DNA of 14,530 nt from Candidatus Hermodarchaeota archaeon (GTDB taxonomy: Archaea; Asgardarchaeota; Hermodarchaeia; Hermodarchaeales; Hermodarchaeaceae). This document shows, piece after piece, positions 1 through 7,613 of the stretch. Both the position numbers and the translations under genes were made by a program. Each line of letters opens with the position of its first letter. Position 1 is the stretch's first letter. The stretch spans positions 1 through 14,530 of the forward strand of contig JAEOTD010000067.1 of assembly GCA_016839995.1 (NCBI GenBank), given 5' to 3'. Below the pieces are notes generated by a model. That model was not told where the DNA came from. It was given only the letters and a program-made list of their open reading frames with translations, and made no database searches.

Positions 1-777
1 GGCCGAGTGAAGGCGACCATTGGAACTGGAACCTTTATTCTAGCCTTTGAAGATAAACCACGGTTTGACCCGCATCGACGGCTTCTTTGTAGTTGCCATG
101 CAGTGCCTAACCGATGGGTCATTGAAGCGAGTATTTTCACCAGTGGGATAATATATAGATGGTTTCGCGACCAATTTGGTCAAGAAGAAAAACAACTTGC
201 CAAGTTATTGAACTCCGATCCCTATGAACTAATGAACGAACAAGCAAAACAATCACCACCCGGATCAAGAGGGATTGTCGTATTACCCCATTTTGTTGGC
301 GCTGGAGCACCTCATTGGAACCCAGAGGCCCGTGGAGTGATAGTGGGTCTAGCCTTAGGACATTCACGAGCAGATATAATTCGGGCAATAATGGAAGGAT
401 CATCCTTTGAAGTACGTCGGAATCTAGAAACCATGGAAAGTATAGGCATCTCATTAAAGGAGCTGCGCATGACGGGTGGAGCAACCCGTAGCCAGGTTTG
501 GAACCAAATTCAGTCCGATATTACTCAGTTAAAAGTTCAGCGGAGTCAAATCGAAGAAGCGACTGCCTTAGGAGCAGCAATTCTTGCAGCGACCGGTGGT
601 GGCCTTTATCGAGATGTTAGTCAGGCTGCTGAAGCAATGGTTTCCATTGGTGAACAGTATAAGCCATCTACCAAGTTTGCAAAACGTTACAATCAACTCT
701 ATTCTATTCACACCGATACTTACCAAGCTTTAGAAAAGGCAAAGGTTTTTTCACAACTGTCCACACTTGACGCCTGA
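1..777 (+). CDS. FGGY-family carbohydrate kinase (glycerol/xylulose/gluconate kinase-like), C-terminal part; the 5' end lies outside the window
   Basis: The frame is open from base 1, and the GTG at 7 is probably internal. The C-terminal FGGY signature is present: 'LRMTGGATRSQVWNQIQSDITQLKV...EEATALGAAILAATGGGLY'. The upstream 'PHFVGAGAPHWNPEARG' matches the P.W.p.arG region of FGGY kinases. Stop TGA at 775-777. Confidence 0.75.
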   Translation, partial: GRVKATIGTGTFILAFEDKPRFDPHRRLLCSCHAVPNRWVIEASIFTSGIIYRWFRDQFGQEEKQLAKLLNSDPYELMNEQAKQSPPGSRGIVVLPHFVGAGAPHWNPEARGVIVGLALGHSRADIIRAIMEGSSFEVRRNLETMESIGISLKELRMTGGATRSQVWNQIQSDITQLKVQRSQIEEATALGAAILAATGGGLYRDVSQAAEAMVSIGEQYKPSTKFAKRYNQLYSIHTDTYQALEKAKVFSQLSTLDA

Positions 778-783
778 GTACTA

Positions 784-2079
784 ATGACAGAACTTCAGCT
801 TCGTTATGGGCAGGGTCAAGTTCAGTTGAAAATCCCCGATAATAATATCGGTGAAATCGTTCAACCTCGCAAACAAGAGGCATCAAAGGACATTGCAGGT
901 TCCCTTCGAACCGCTTTAGAGACGCCAATTGACAACACTCTATCAGAGATCATTGCCAATCGTCGTGTGGGTGTGTTGGTTGAAGATGGAACACGAGCTG
1001 AACCACACGAAATTATCCTCGATGAACTAACCCCACATTTCGCGCCCGCAAAGGATTTGACCTTCATACTTACAACCGGCTCCCACGAACCAAATAGTGC
1101 CCGTAATCAAGAAATAATCCAAGCTATTCATAAAAGTTGTAAAACTAACAACCTTGAAGCGTACCGGGTTATTGTTCATGATGCGCTCCAATCCTCATTT
1201 CAACATGTAGGAACCACAAGCCGTGGAACCGAAGTTCGAGTAAACACAGAAGCCTTGGAAATGGAGGCATTTGTAGTTGCAGCAGACATGAAAAACCATT
1301 ACTTTGCGGGATACTCCAATGTTCTCAAGAACTTCTTGCCAGGCATCTGTGATTTCAACACCATCGAGGCCAACCATAGCCTAGCCCTTGAACCCGAATC
1401 CACCTTCGGACGTCATCCCTTCCACCCAGATTCTACACGTCACACCAATCCCGTGGCAGAAGACATGCTAGAAGGGATGAACCTGATTCTCGCAGATCGC
1501 CCCGTGTTTCTTCTTGCCATGGTTACAAGTGGCCCATATATTATGTGGTCAAAAGCAGGAGCAATTCAACCAGTAACCAGCGAAGGCTTCCAAGTCATTG
1601 ACAAGACAGCCTCCTTTACTGTTCCAGCAACAGATCATATTATCGTCACACCCGGAGGAAATCCCCAAGACGAAAGCCTCTACAACGCTCAACGAGGACT
1701 AGAACTGACGAAGAACGCCGTTCGAGATAACGGTGAAATCCTTCTCCTTGCTGAATGTCCTAAAGGGATTGCACCCACACCGACGGCGCGTGAATTCTTC
1801 TATGATTATCTGATCATGCCTCTTCCCGAAATGATGGCAAAAATTCAAGAAAGCTATAGACTGTATACTCATAAGAGTTGGAAATTTGGCGAACTCATCC
1901 AACGCTTAAACCGAATTTGGCTGTACACCACTCTCGATCAGGCGCAGGTAGAAACAGCCCATATTTCCTTTGCACCGAATCCCCAAAAGATTGTGGACTC
2001 GTGGATTCAAAAGGATTCCGCTGCAAAGATTCATGTTTTCAATGATGCGAACAAAATTGCTGTTTATGCAAGCAGTTAA
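784..2079 (+). CDS. LarA-like nickel-pincer-nucleotide-dependent 2-hydroxyacid racemase/epimerase homologue (DUF2088 family)
   Basis: 431 aa, similar in length to L. plantarum LarA (about 424 aa). It has 'VEDGTR', 'TTGSHEP' (H101) and 'HYFAGYSNVLKNFLPG...EANH' (H172, K182, H198). The H->K->H spacing of 10 and 16 residues is identical to LarA H174/K184/H200. The start lies 6 nt after the FGGY stop. Confidence 0.7.
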   Translation: MTELQLRYGQGQVQLKIPDNNIGEIVQPRKQEASKDIAGSLRTALETPIDNTLSEIIANRRVGVLVEDGTRAEPHEIILDELTPHFAPAKDLTFILTTGSHEPNSARNQEIIQAIHKSCKTNNLEAYRVIVHDALQSSFQHVGTTSRGTEVRVNTEALEMEAFVVAADMKNHYFAGYSNVLKNFLPGICDFNTIEANHSLALEPESTFGRHPFHPDSTRHTNPVAEDMLEGMNLILADRPVFLLAMVTSGPYIMWSKAGAIQPVTSEGFQVIDKTASFTVPATDHIIVTPGGNPQDESLYNAQRGLELTKNAVRDNGEILLLAECPKGIAPTPTAREFFYDYLIMPLPEMMAKIQESYRLYTHKSWKFGELIQRLNRIWLYTTLDQAQVETAHISFAPNPQKIVDSWIQKDSAAKIHVFNDANKIAVYASS

Positions 2080-2173
2080 CATGCCTAACTTGCTCCACTT
2101 GCTTTCAAGAATTACTGGAATTTGTGCCGACTTAAATTGTTTCAGAAGGAAACGTTAAGAACGGTTCCTGTGC

Positions 2174-2179
2174 TATATA
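2174..2179 (+). promoter_or_regulatory. TATA-like box (TATATA) about 30 nt upstream of the ATG at 2207
   Basis: This is the only strongly AT-rich hexamer in the 127-nt spacer after the LarA-like gene. Its spacing is compatible with a very short leader. Confidence 0.3.
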
Positions 2180-2206
2180 CTCGGTAACAATCCTGGGAGC
2201 TCACCG

Positions 2207-2692
2207 ATGCCTGTCGTTTACACCTATTGTGAGATGTGCAAGGCGTATATAGCGATAGACGTTGCGCCAGATATTATTCAGCGACAAAACGTCTTTCCGT
2301 TTCCATATTCCTACGTCCATGGCGAGCCTACGCATGTCATCACAATCTACCTTGACCAAGATTTAGTTGAACGGGGGCATGAGGTTTCCGAAATTCATTC
2401 AGGTAACCAAGTCGAAGTAACACAAGCTCAGCCTGGGGCATCCCCTCAACCCTCGAGCCCTCCTCCATCCACAATGGTTGGCACTAGAAGTCGTCGGATT
2501 GTTCCAAAGGTTGTTGCGGATTTGGAGAAACAAAAACTCTCCATCACCGAATTCCGCATGCTTAGTTTATGCGATGGAAAAACAACCCTTCAGGAAATTG
2601 CTGAGAAAATGGGATTACAGTTTTTCATCGCTATGCGAATGCTTTTGGATCTTCAAAAGCGGAAGCTTGTAGATTTCGAAAAACGATTCTAA
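2207..2692 (+). CDS. hypothetical protein: N-terminal beta-rich domain, Pro/Ser linker, C-terminal winged-helix-like segment
   Basis: 161-aa ORF. A GGGAG box lies 7 nt upstream of the ATG, and a TATATA lies about 30 nt upstream. The C-terminal 'LSITEFRMLSLCDGKTTLQEIAEKMGLQFFIAMRMLLDLQKRKLV' has the helix-turn-helix/wing pattern of MarR/TrmB-like wHTH domains. I did not recognise the N-terminal 'FPFPYSYVHGEPTHVITIYLDQD' domain. Confidence 0.5.
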   Translation: MPVVYTYCEMCKAYIAIDVAPDIIQRQNVFPFPYSYVHGEPTHVITIYLDQDLVERGHEVSEIHSGNQVEVTQAQPGASPQPSSPPPSTMVGTRSRRIVPKVVADLEKQKLSITEFRMLSLCDGKTTLQEIAEKMGLQFFIAMRMLLDLQKRKLVDFEKRF

Positions 2693-2757
2693 CTGTAATA
2701 AGGGGAACGAATGATTCATAACGCTAGTTGCAGAGTACGAATATGTGGTGAAATGAC

Positions 2758-3267
2758 ATGGGTGTCAAAGGTTGGATTGGCTGGCACTTTAAGATGCAAA
2801 AAACCTCACTGAATGCATTCCAGGCTTTGGTTGCAGCAGTAATTGACGATGTTCTAGAAGACAGTAAAGGTGATGTCAACCTAGCAAATCAGAAGCTATT
2901 GCGCTTAGGAAATGCCATGGCTGAGACCTTGTTATTTGAATACAGCGACACAATTGGACAGCACGCAACCACCTTTGATGGTTTTCTCGACACTTTCACG
3001 TTAGCTACCAGGGTAATGTTAGGCAAAGGCTTTGACAATGCCTATTACGATAAAGCCGAAAGAAAAATCGTTTATGTATTTGAAGACTGCCCCATTTGCC
3101 AAAACATTCGAATGTCTGACGAGTTTCATGGTCTGAAGTACTGTAACATCCTCAGTGGAGTATTTCAACACGTTCTAACTCTCCGGGGTTTCAATAGTAT
3201 ATGCGAAGAAGTCCAATGCAGAACGTGGGGTTCTGACTCTTGCATTTGGGAGCTAAGAGAACAATAG
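2758..3267 (+). CDS. V4R (4-vinyl-reductase) domain protein, the fold family related to eukaryotic Bet3/TRAPP subunits
   Basis: GGTGA at 2747-2751 lies 6 nt upstream of the ATG. The C-terminal 'CPICQNIRMSDEFHGLKYCNILSGVFQHVLTLRGFNSICEEVQCRTWGSDSCIWEL' fits the V4R pattern C..(G)..G......v.E..C...G...C.f.l. Confidence 0.65.
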   Translation: MGVKGWIGWHFKMQKTSLNAFQALVAAVIDDVLEDSKGDVNLANQKLLRLGNAMAETLLFEYSDTIGQHATTFDGFLDTFTLATRVMLGKGFDNAYYDKAERKIVYVFEDCPICQNIRMSDEFHGLKYCNILSGVFQHVLTLRGFNSICEEVQCRTWGSDSCIWELREQ

Positions 3268-3371
3268 GCAGTACCCACACCATCAAAAAAATCCTTCATT
3301 AGTTAATTTTGAAACTGTCGAAGAAAGTTTGATAAGGCAACTCATGTCAGAGACACGATGAGGTAACCATT

Positions 3372-4652
3372 GTGTCCAAAAAAACTTCAGCTATTAGTGG
3401 ATTTTATCGTTTATCCATTCCAGAGCGCTTAGATAAGCTGCGTGAGTTTGCAAATCTTACCGATGAAGATATCGCCACATTAGAGACCTTTGGAGCTCTT
3501 GATGCTGCTACAGCGGATCGAATGATTGAGAACGTGGTTGGCTCGTATGCTTTTCCTCTTGGAATGGCTACAAATTTCCAGATAAACGGTCAAGACTACC
3601 TCATTCCCATGGCATTAGAGGAACCTTCTGTTGTAGCAGCCGCCTCAAATGCCGCAGGGATGACACGAGAACAGGGCGGTTTTACTGCAAGTACAACAGA
3701 CCCCGTAATGATAGGGCAAATTCAAGTAGCTGATATTCCTGACTTAAAAGTAGCACAAAAGTCGATTTTAGAACAAAAAGAGAATTTGTTGAGAGTGGCT
3801 AATGCACAAGATCCTGTCTTAGTCAAATTTGGAGGAGGTGCGCGCGATTTGCAGGTCCGTCGATTGGACACCATGATGGGACCCATGCTAATTGTCCACT
3901 TACTTGTTGATGCCCGTGATGCCATGGGCGCAAATGCTGTTAATACGATGTGCGAAATGCTTGCCCCTCTTCTTGAAGATTTAACCAAGGGAAAGGTGTA
4001 CTTACGGATTCTATCCAACTTAGCAGTGAATCGTCTTGCTCGAGCAGAGGCAACATTTCCAGTTAAAGCCTTAGGCGGAGCAAAGGCAGTTGAAGGGATT
4101 TTGAAAGCTTATGCTTTCGCCCAAGCGGATCCCTACCGCTGTGCCACCCATAATAAGGGAATAATGAATGGTATCGATGCCGTGCTCCTTGCTACTGGAC
4201 AGGATTTCCGAGCTGTTGAAGCAGGCGCACATACGTATGCAGCAACACGAGAGGGAGGTTATCAATCCCTGACACACTATGAAAAAACCGCTGAAGGTGA
4301 TTTACATGGTTCTATTGAATTACCCATGGCTGTCGGACTAGTAGGCGGAGCGACCCGAACTCACCCAGTTGCACGCTTATGTGTGAAAATCTTAGGAGTA
4401 AAAACAGCCAATGAGCTTGCACAAATTATTGCTAGTGTGGGATTAGCCCAAAACCTCGCCGCATTGCGTGCTTTAAGCCAAGAAGGTATTCAGAAAGGAC
4501 ACATGAAGCTACACGCTCGAAATGTCGCTGTCGCTGCAGGAGCTTTTGACGATGAGGTCGACCAAGTCGCTCAGAAAATGATTACTGAAAAACGCGTTCG
4601 CTTTGATAGGGCACAAGAAATCCTCGCTGAGCTTCGAAAGAAAACTACATGA
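3372..4652 (+). CDS. mvaA: hydroxymethylglutaryl-CoA reductase, class II (soluble, Pseudomonas mevalonii MvaA type)
   Basis: GTG start, with GAGGT at 3360-3364 about 7 nt upstream. 426 aa with no N-terminal membrane domain. Class II motifs are present: 'MIENVVGSYAFPLGMATNFQINGQDYLIPMALEEPSVVAAASNAA', 'HNKGIMNGIDAV', 'GQDFRAVEAGAH', 'GHMKLHARN'. Confidence 0.9.
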   Translation: MSKKTSAISGFYRLSIPERLDKLREFANLTDEDIATLETFGALDAATADRMIENVVGSYAFPLGMATNFQINGQDYLIPMALEEPSVVAAASNAAGMTREQGGFTASTTDPVMIGQIQVADIPDLKVAQKSILEQKENLLRVANAQDPVLVKFGGGARDLQVRRLDTMMGPMLIVHLLVDARDAMGANAVNTMCEMLAPLLEDLTKGKVYLRILSNLAVNRLARAEATFPVKALGGAKAVEGILKAYAFAQADPYRCATHNKGIMNGIDAVLLATGQDFRAVEAGAHTYAATREGGYQSLTHYEKTAEGDLHGSIELPMAVGLVGGATRTHPVARLCVKILGVKTANELAQIIASVGLAQNLAALRALSQEGIQKGHMKLHARNVAVAAGAFDDEVDQVAQKMITEKRVRFDRAQEILAELRKKTT

Positions 4653-4747
4653 CACAACAATTTCTTATACACATCATTCCCTCATATGTATTGAATGCTC
4701 ACGTTGTGTGGCTGCACTATCGTGATGAACTAGCGGTGAACCATTAA

Positions 4748-5683
4748 ATGAAACAGTACATCGGGATGATTGAAATCCTGGGTGAAGGGGGCGAAATGCT
4801 TCCACTTCACTGGAATCCTAAACATCTAGTAAATGGTCGGTCGATACTAATTGTTGATGAGACCGAGGGGATTATCTGGGTGTGGTTGGGTAAAGGGACA
4901 TCGATGTTACAACGTACAACAGCTCTTCGTCAGGCCCGGTTTATAATGAAAAACGGTACCCGTGTTGAAGAGACCCATTTTGGCACTAAATGCACAAATT
5001 TCATTGAAGTACCTGGTGATCTGGCGAATCCAAAAGCGGCACTCCTCAGAAACCTCCTTGAAACGCATCCCAAAACTTCTGACTATCTTGTAGTTACCCA
5101 AGAGGAAGAAACGGTTTCAACGTTTGAAGAGTCCTTCCAAGACAAAGTTGAGGTTATTGAGCAAACAGTTGTCCCTGAACCTATTCGCAAGGTTACACCG
5201 GTGCGTCGACGAATTCTAACGTATGAAGAACAGCTAGCAACAAAAGTGCTTTTTGCTGTATCCGATTGCTATGGACAGGCTTCTATGAATCCAATTGGCC
5301 CCAATGAGTTCTTGGTTTCGGTGCTTCGATTACAAATGCGCTTTTTCTGTCAAGGAGAGGCAATTTTATTCTCTGAGATTCGAGCGGCTGCACAAGAGGA
5401 TCTTGACGCCTTTACTCGGTGTTTTGGTCAACAACCCGAACTAACTGCAGAGGGACAAATATTTGTTTCATCCACCCTTCTAACATCTGAACCACCAACC
5501 CCATCAAGTGATAAACCAGCATCTGTTGTTGAATCCATGCGTGAACAACTGTCTCAGATAAGTCACAATGCTTCGGATCAAGATGACGAGGAACCAGACG
5601 ACACAGCAGAGGAAGAAAGTGAAGACGAAGAAGAAGAGGAAGACAAGAAGAGCGGCTCTTCTGATTTTGAACTATTTGAGTAA
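4748..5683 (+). CDS. gelsolin-like domain protein, paralogue 1 (Gel domain, linker, uncharacterised C-terminal module, acidic tail)
   Basis: GGTGA at 4735-4739 lies 8 nt upstream of the ATG. Residues 1 to about 117 carry 'SILIVDETEGIIWVWLGKGTSMLQRTTALRQARFI...NFIEVPGDLANPKAALLRNLL', which parallels the gelsolin repeat pattern (hydrophobic-D strand, xWxG, basic/acidic long helix). The C-terminal tail is 'DQDDEEPDDTAEEESEDEEEEEDKKSGSSDFELFE'. A T5 run follows the stop. Confidence 0.6.
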   Translation: MKQYIGMIEILGEGGEMLPLHWNPKHLVNGRSILIVDETEGIIWVWLGKGTSMLQRTTALRQARFIMKNGTRVEETHFGTKCTNFIEVPGDLANPKAALLRNLLETHPKTSDYLVVTQEEETVSTFEESFQDKVEVIEQTVVPEPIRKVTPVRRRILTYEEQLATKVLFAVSDCYGQASMNPIGPNEFLVSVLRLQMRFFCQGEAILFSEIRAAAQEDLDAFTRCFGQQPELTAEGQIFVSSTLLTSEPPTPSSDKPASVVESMREQLSQISHNASDQDDEEPDDTAEEESEDEEEEEDKKSGSSDFELFE

Positions 5684-5688
5684 TTTTT
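5684..5688 (+). terminator. oligo-T run directly after the paralogue-1 stop (archaeal-type terminator candidate)
   Basis: The sequence reads TAA-TTTTT-cttgtattt. The next gene is convergent. Confidence 0.45.
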
Positions 5689-5772
5689 CTTGTATTTGGT
5701 GTTGCGTTACCCTGCAATAACAAGTCGTATTGGACGTCGCTTCATTCTCATTTGTGAAAAGAGGGATTAGTG

Positions 5773-6015
5773 TCATGCATGAGTTGAAACTTTTTCAACA
5801 CGCAGCCATGGATTTTGTCGGGTAAACTCAAAAAGAGATTGGGTGAATCGTTCTAAGTCATCGAGCTCAATGACGAAGTTGAAACGTCCTTCCCCTAGGG
5901 GTAATTTGCTGATAATACGTCCATGTTGGTTGAGGAGAAGATTGATCCAACCCGTTTTTGTTGCGTTTTCTTCACGGGTTGTACCTCGGTAGGAAAGCGA
6001 AATATTAGCTTTCAT
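5773..6015 (-). CDS. small hypothetical protein (80 aa, predicted beta-alpha-beta-beta-alpha-beta pattern)
   Basis: A strong SD, GGTGAGG at 6020-6026 on the minus strand, lies 4 nt upstream of the ATG at 6015. No family was recognised. The alternating strand/helix propensity suggests a ferredoxin-like fold. Confidence 0.55.
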   Translation of the reverse strand: MKANISLSYRGTTREENATKTGWINLLLNQHGRIISKLPLGEGRFNFVIELDDLERFTQSLFEFTRQNPWLRVEKVSTHA

Positions 6016-6099
6016 ATAGCCTCACCTTACGTTAGTTCTTTGGCAACTGAGCCGACTTAAACCTTTCCGAAGACGTGTTGAATTACAGCCTTTGACGGA

Positions 6100-6687
6100 T
6101 TAAGCAGTGGATTCAGAGCGGGTTGAAGAAGAATTGGCGCGGAAACGATATGAGATGAGATCGTAGGCAATATCGAACCCCCAGAATGCAACTGTATGAA
6201 CTAAGGTCAATAAGCCAAGGAAGGGAAGGATAAGAACTATGATTTTCAATAATGGCCGGTGAACGATAGCCCAGCGTAAAGTAGAATGTGCAATTTGAGA
6301 AGCTTTGGAATGGAGCAACTCGTCCATTATCGAAGCAACTAAGATGATAATAAGTGTGGGAAAACCCATTAGAAATCCAGACATAACCAGAAGTCGAAAG
6401 AAACTCAGGGGTAGTGTGGTGATTGTCAGAAGCAAAAAGAAGCTGCTGTCAACTTTACGTGTTACGATTAGACCTAATATGATTCCAATAACCAGAATCG
6501 CTGTGTAGAGATCAAAAAATACCCAGATATTGACGAGAATTACTAGCCCACATGTCACCACCCATAGAGAGGTATGACGTGATTGAAACTGAACAGGAAA
6601 ATCGGTTGCCAAATCAAGGAGTTTGATACCTGCACCGAGGAGCACATAGGATACGATTAGAGCTAGTGCAAAAAGAACGAGACTCAT
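6100..6687 (-). CDS. polytopic integral membrane protein (about 6 TM segments), family unknown
   Basis: 195 aa and dominated by hydrophobic stretches, for example 'SLVLFALALIVSYVLLGAGIKLL', 'LWVVTCGLVILVNIWVFF', 'LYTAILVIGIILGLIVT', 'PLLKIIVLILPFLGLLTLVHTVAFWGF'. It starts 27 nt downstream of the paralogue-2 stop on the same strand. Confidence 0.7.
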   Translation of the reverse strand: MSLVLFALALIVSYVLLGAGIKLLDLATDFPVQFQSRHTSLWVVTCGLVILVNIWVFFDLYTAILVIGIILGLIVTRKVDSSFFLLLTITTLPLSFFRLLVMSGFLMGFPTLIIILVASIMDELLHSKASQIAHSTLRWAIVHRPLLKIIVLILPFLGLLTLVHTVAFWGFDIAYDLISYRFRANSSSTRSESTA

Positions 6688-6714
6688 TATTCCATGCCTT
6701 TAATCTATAATGGT

Positions 6715-7425
6715 TTAACCGGCAATGCTTTTGAGTTCGTGGGCCACCAACTCTTTGAGTTCCTTAGGAGTTTTTGAATCCCATTTGAATGTTAATTTGC
6801 CTTTACTGCGTTTCATCTCGTGGGTAAGCCCATCAATTCCCTCTATTATCACTTCTTCAGTTTCACCCTTACTTCGATATTCAATGTGAACTTGTTGATG
6901 GACGCGGATAATCGCCAGTAGTGCCGCTTCCAAATCAAGTTTGGATGCCTTTTTCGCAGGTGCTCTTGTTTCTGTTGGTGTTACTGTTTCATCGGGTGAA
7001 ATACTTGCTGATACAGGAGCTGAAGAAGCACCCCCTTGAAGTGTTCCCACAATAAGTGTTCCCTTGGGACTTGCTATCGTAGAAATTTCCATTGGAGATT
7101 CTAACAAGGCGATGAGGTTTGAATAATTGTTTGATGTGGTGGGATCTTCCAAGTTATCTGCATCAATGAGGACAAGGGAATACCCTCGTCCCAAGACTTC
7201 GTCACCAATTCGCTGGCCTTCCGTGGTGATTTGTTCAGCTTTTGCTTTTGCTGTACGACGTTTGTCATATTGAACACCAGTACCCATCCAGAACCAGAGA
7301 GTTTTGTTTTGTTCATCAACAACACCGACACATACATCACCTCGGAGTTTTCGGGCTCCAGGACGAATCGATCTAACAAAGCCTAGGCCACCGATTTCCA
7401 ACATTACGACTCGTGACATGTGCAT
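6715..7425 (-). CDS. gelsolin-like domain protein, paralogue 2 (Gel domain, Ser/Thr/Pro linker, uncharacterised C-terminal module)
   Basis: 'VCVGVVDEQNKTLWFWMGTGVQYDKRRTAKAKAEQI...SLVLIDADNLEDPTTSNNYSNLIALL' aligns position for position with paralogues 1 and 3. The start is ambiguous. The ATG at 7425 is only 2 nt from the GGGGTG box, whereas the in-frame ATG at 7419 ('MSRVV...') has 8-nt spacing and may be the true start. Confidence 0.6.
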   Translation of the reverse strand: MHMSRVVMLEIGGLGFVRSIRPGARKLRGDVCVGVVDEQNKTLWFWMGTGVQYDKRRTAKAKAEQITTEGQRIGDEVLGRGYSLVLIDADNLEDPTTSNNYSNLIALLESPMEISTIASPKGTLIVGTLQGGASSAPVSASISPDETVTPTETRAPAKKASKLDLEAALLAIIRVHQQVHIEYRSKGETEEVIIEGIDGLTHEMKRSKGKLTFKWDSKTPKELKELVAHELKSIAG

Positions 7426-7448
7426 AGCACCCCATTTGACACCATTCG

Positions 7449-7469
7449 AATAGAAATGTAATTTCTATT
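7449..7469. repeat. perfect 9-bp inverted repeat with a 3-nt spacer (AATAGAAAT-gta-ATTTCTATT), 24-44 nt upstream of the paralogue-2 start
   Basis: Read directly from the sequence. It is AT-rich and overlaps the position where a TATA/BRE for a short-leader transcript would sit. Confidence 0.6.
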
Positions 7470-7491
7470 GAAGCAATTTTTACCACGATTT

Positions 7492-7515
7492 CACCTATCT
7501 AGTGATGGATAGGTG
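7492..7515. repeat. perfect 8-bp inverted repeat with an 8-nt loop (CACCTATC-tagtgatg-GATAGGTG)
   Basis: Read directly from the sequence. It lies in the 198-nt spacer between paralogues 3 and 2, and TTTT follows it on the plus strand. Confidence 0.6.
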
Positions 7516-7607
7516 TTTTCGGGCTAGGTCCGGTTTAGAATTTGTTACCGTATTTATTAAGTTGACCCTGCGCATACTTTGGCTGTAATATCTAATACAG
7601 TTCCTGC

Positions 7608-7613
7608 AAAAAA
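7608..7613 (-). terminator. T6 run 10 nt after the paralogue-3 stop (archaeal-type terminator candidate)
   Basis: The minus strand reads TAA-cccacggaaa-TTTTTT-gcagg. Confidence 0.45.

Noticed and set aside
1970-2158. 62-aa ORF overlapping the 3' end of the LarA-like gene and running into the spacer.
   Set aside because: It is out of frame with a well-supported gene, has no SD and has a basic low-complexity translation. It is most likely spurious.
3344-3366. Two tiny overlapping upstream ORFs (ATG TCA GAG ACA CGA TGA and ATG AGG TAA) just before the HMGR GTG start.
   Set aside because: They are 5 and 2 codons long. The same bases form the GAGGT SD for the GTG start, which is the simpler explanation.
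5600-5650. GAA/GAG-rich simple-sequence stretch that looks like a microsatellite.
   Set aside because: It is in frame and encodes the Glu/Asp run of the paralogue-1 tail. The units are imperfect, which is consistent with coding low complexity rather than a tandem DNA repeat.
7505-7588. 27-codon micro-ORF (MDRCFRARSGLEFVTVFIKLTLRILWL) on the plus strand in the long spacer, starting inside the second hairpin.
   Set aside because: It has no SD or TATA in the right position and lies opposite to the local transcription direction. At this length it is expected by chance.
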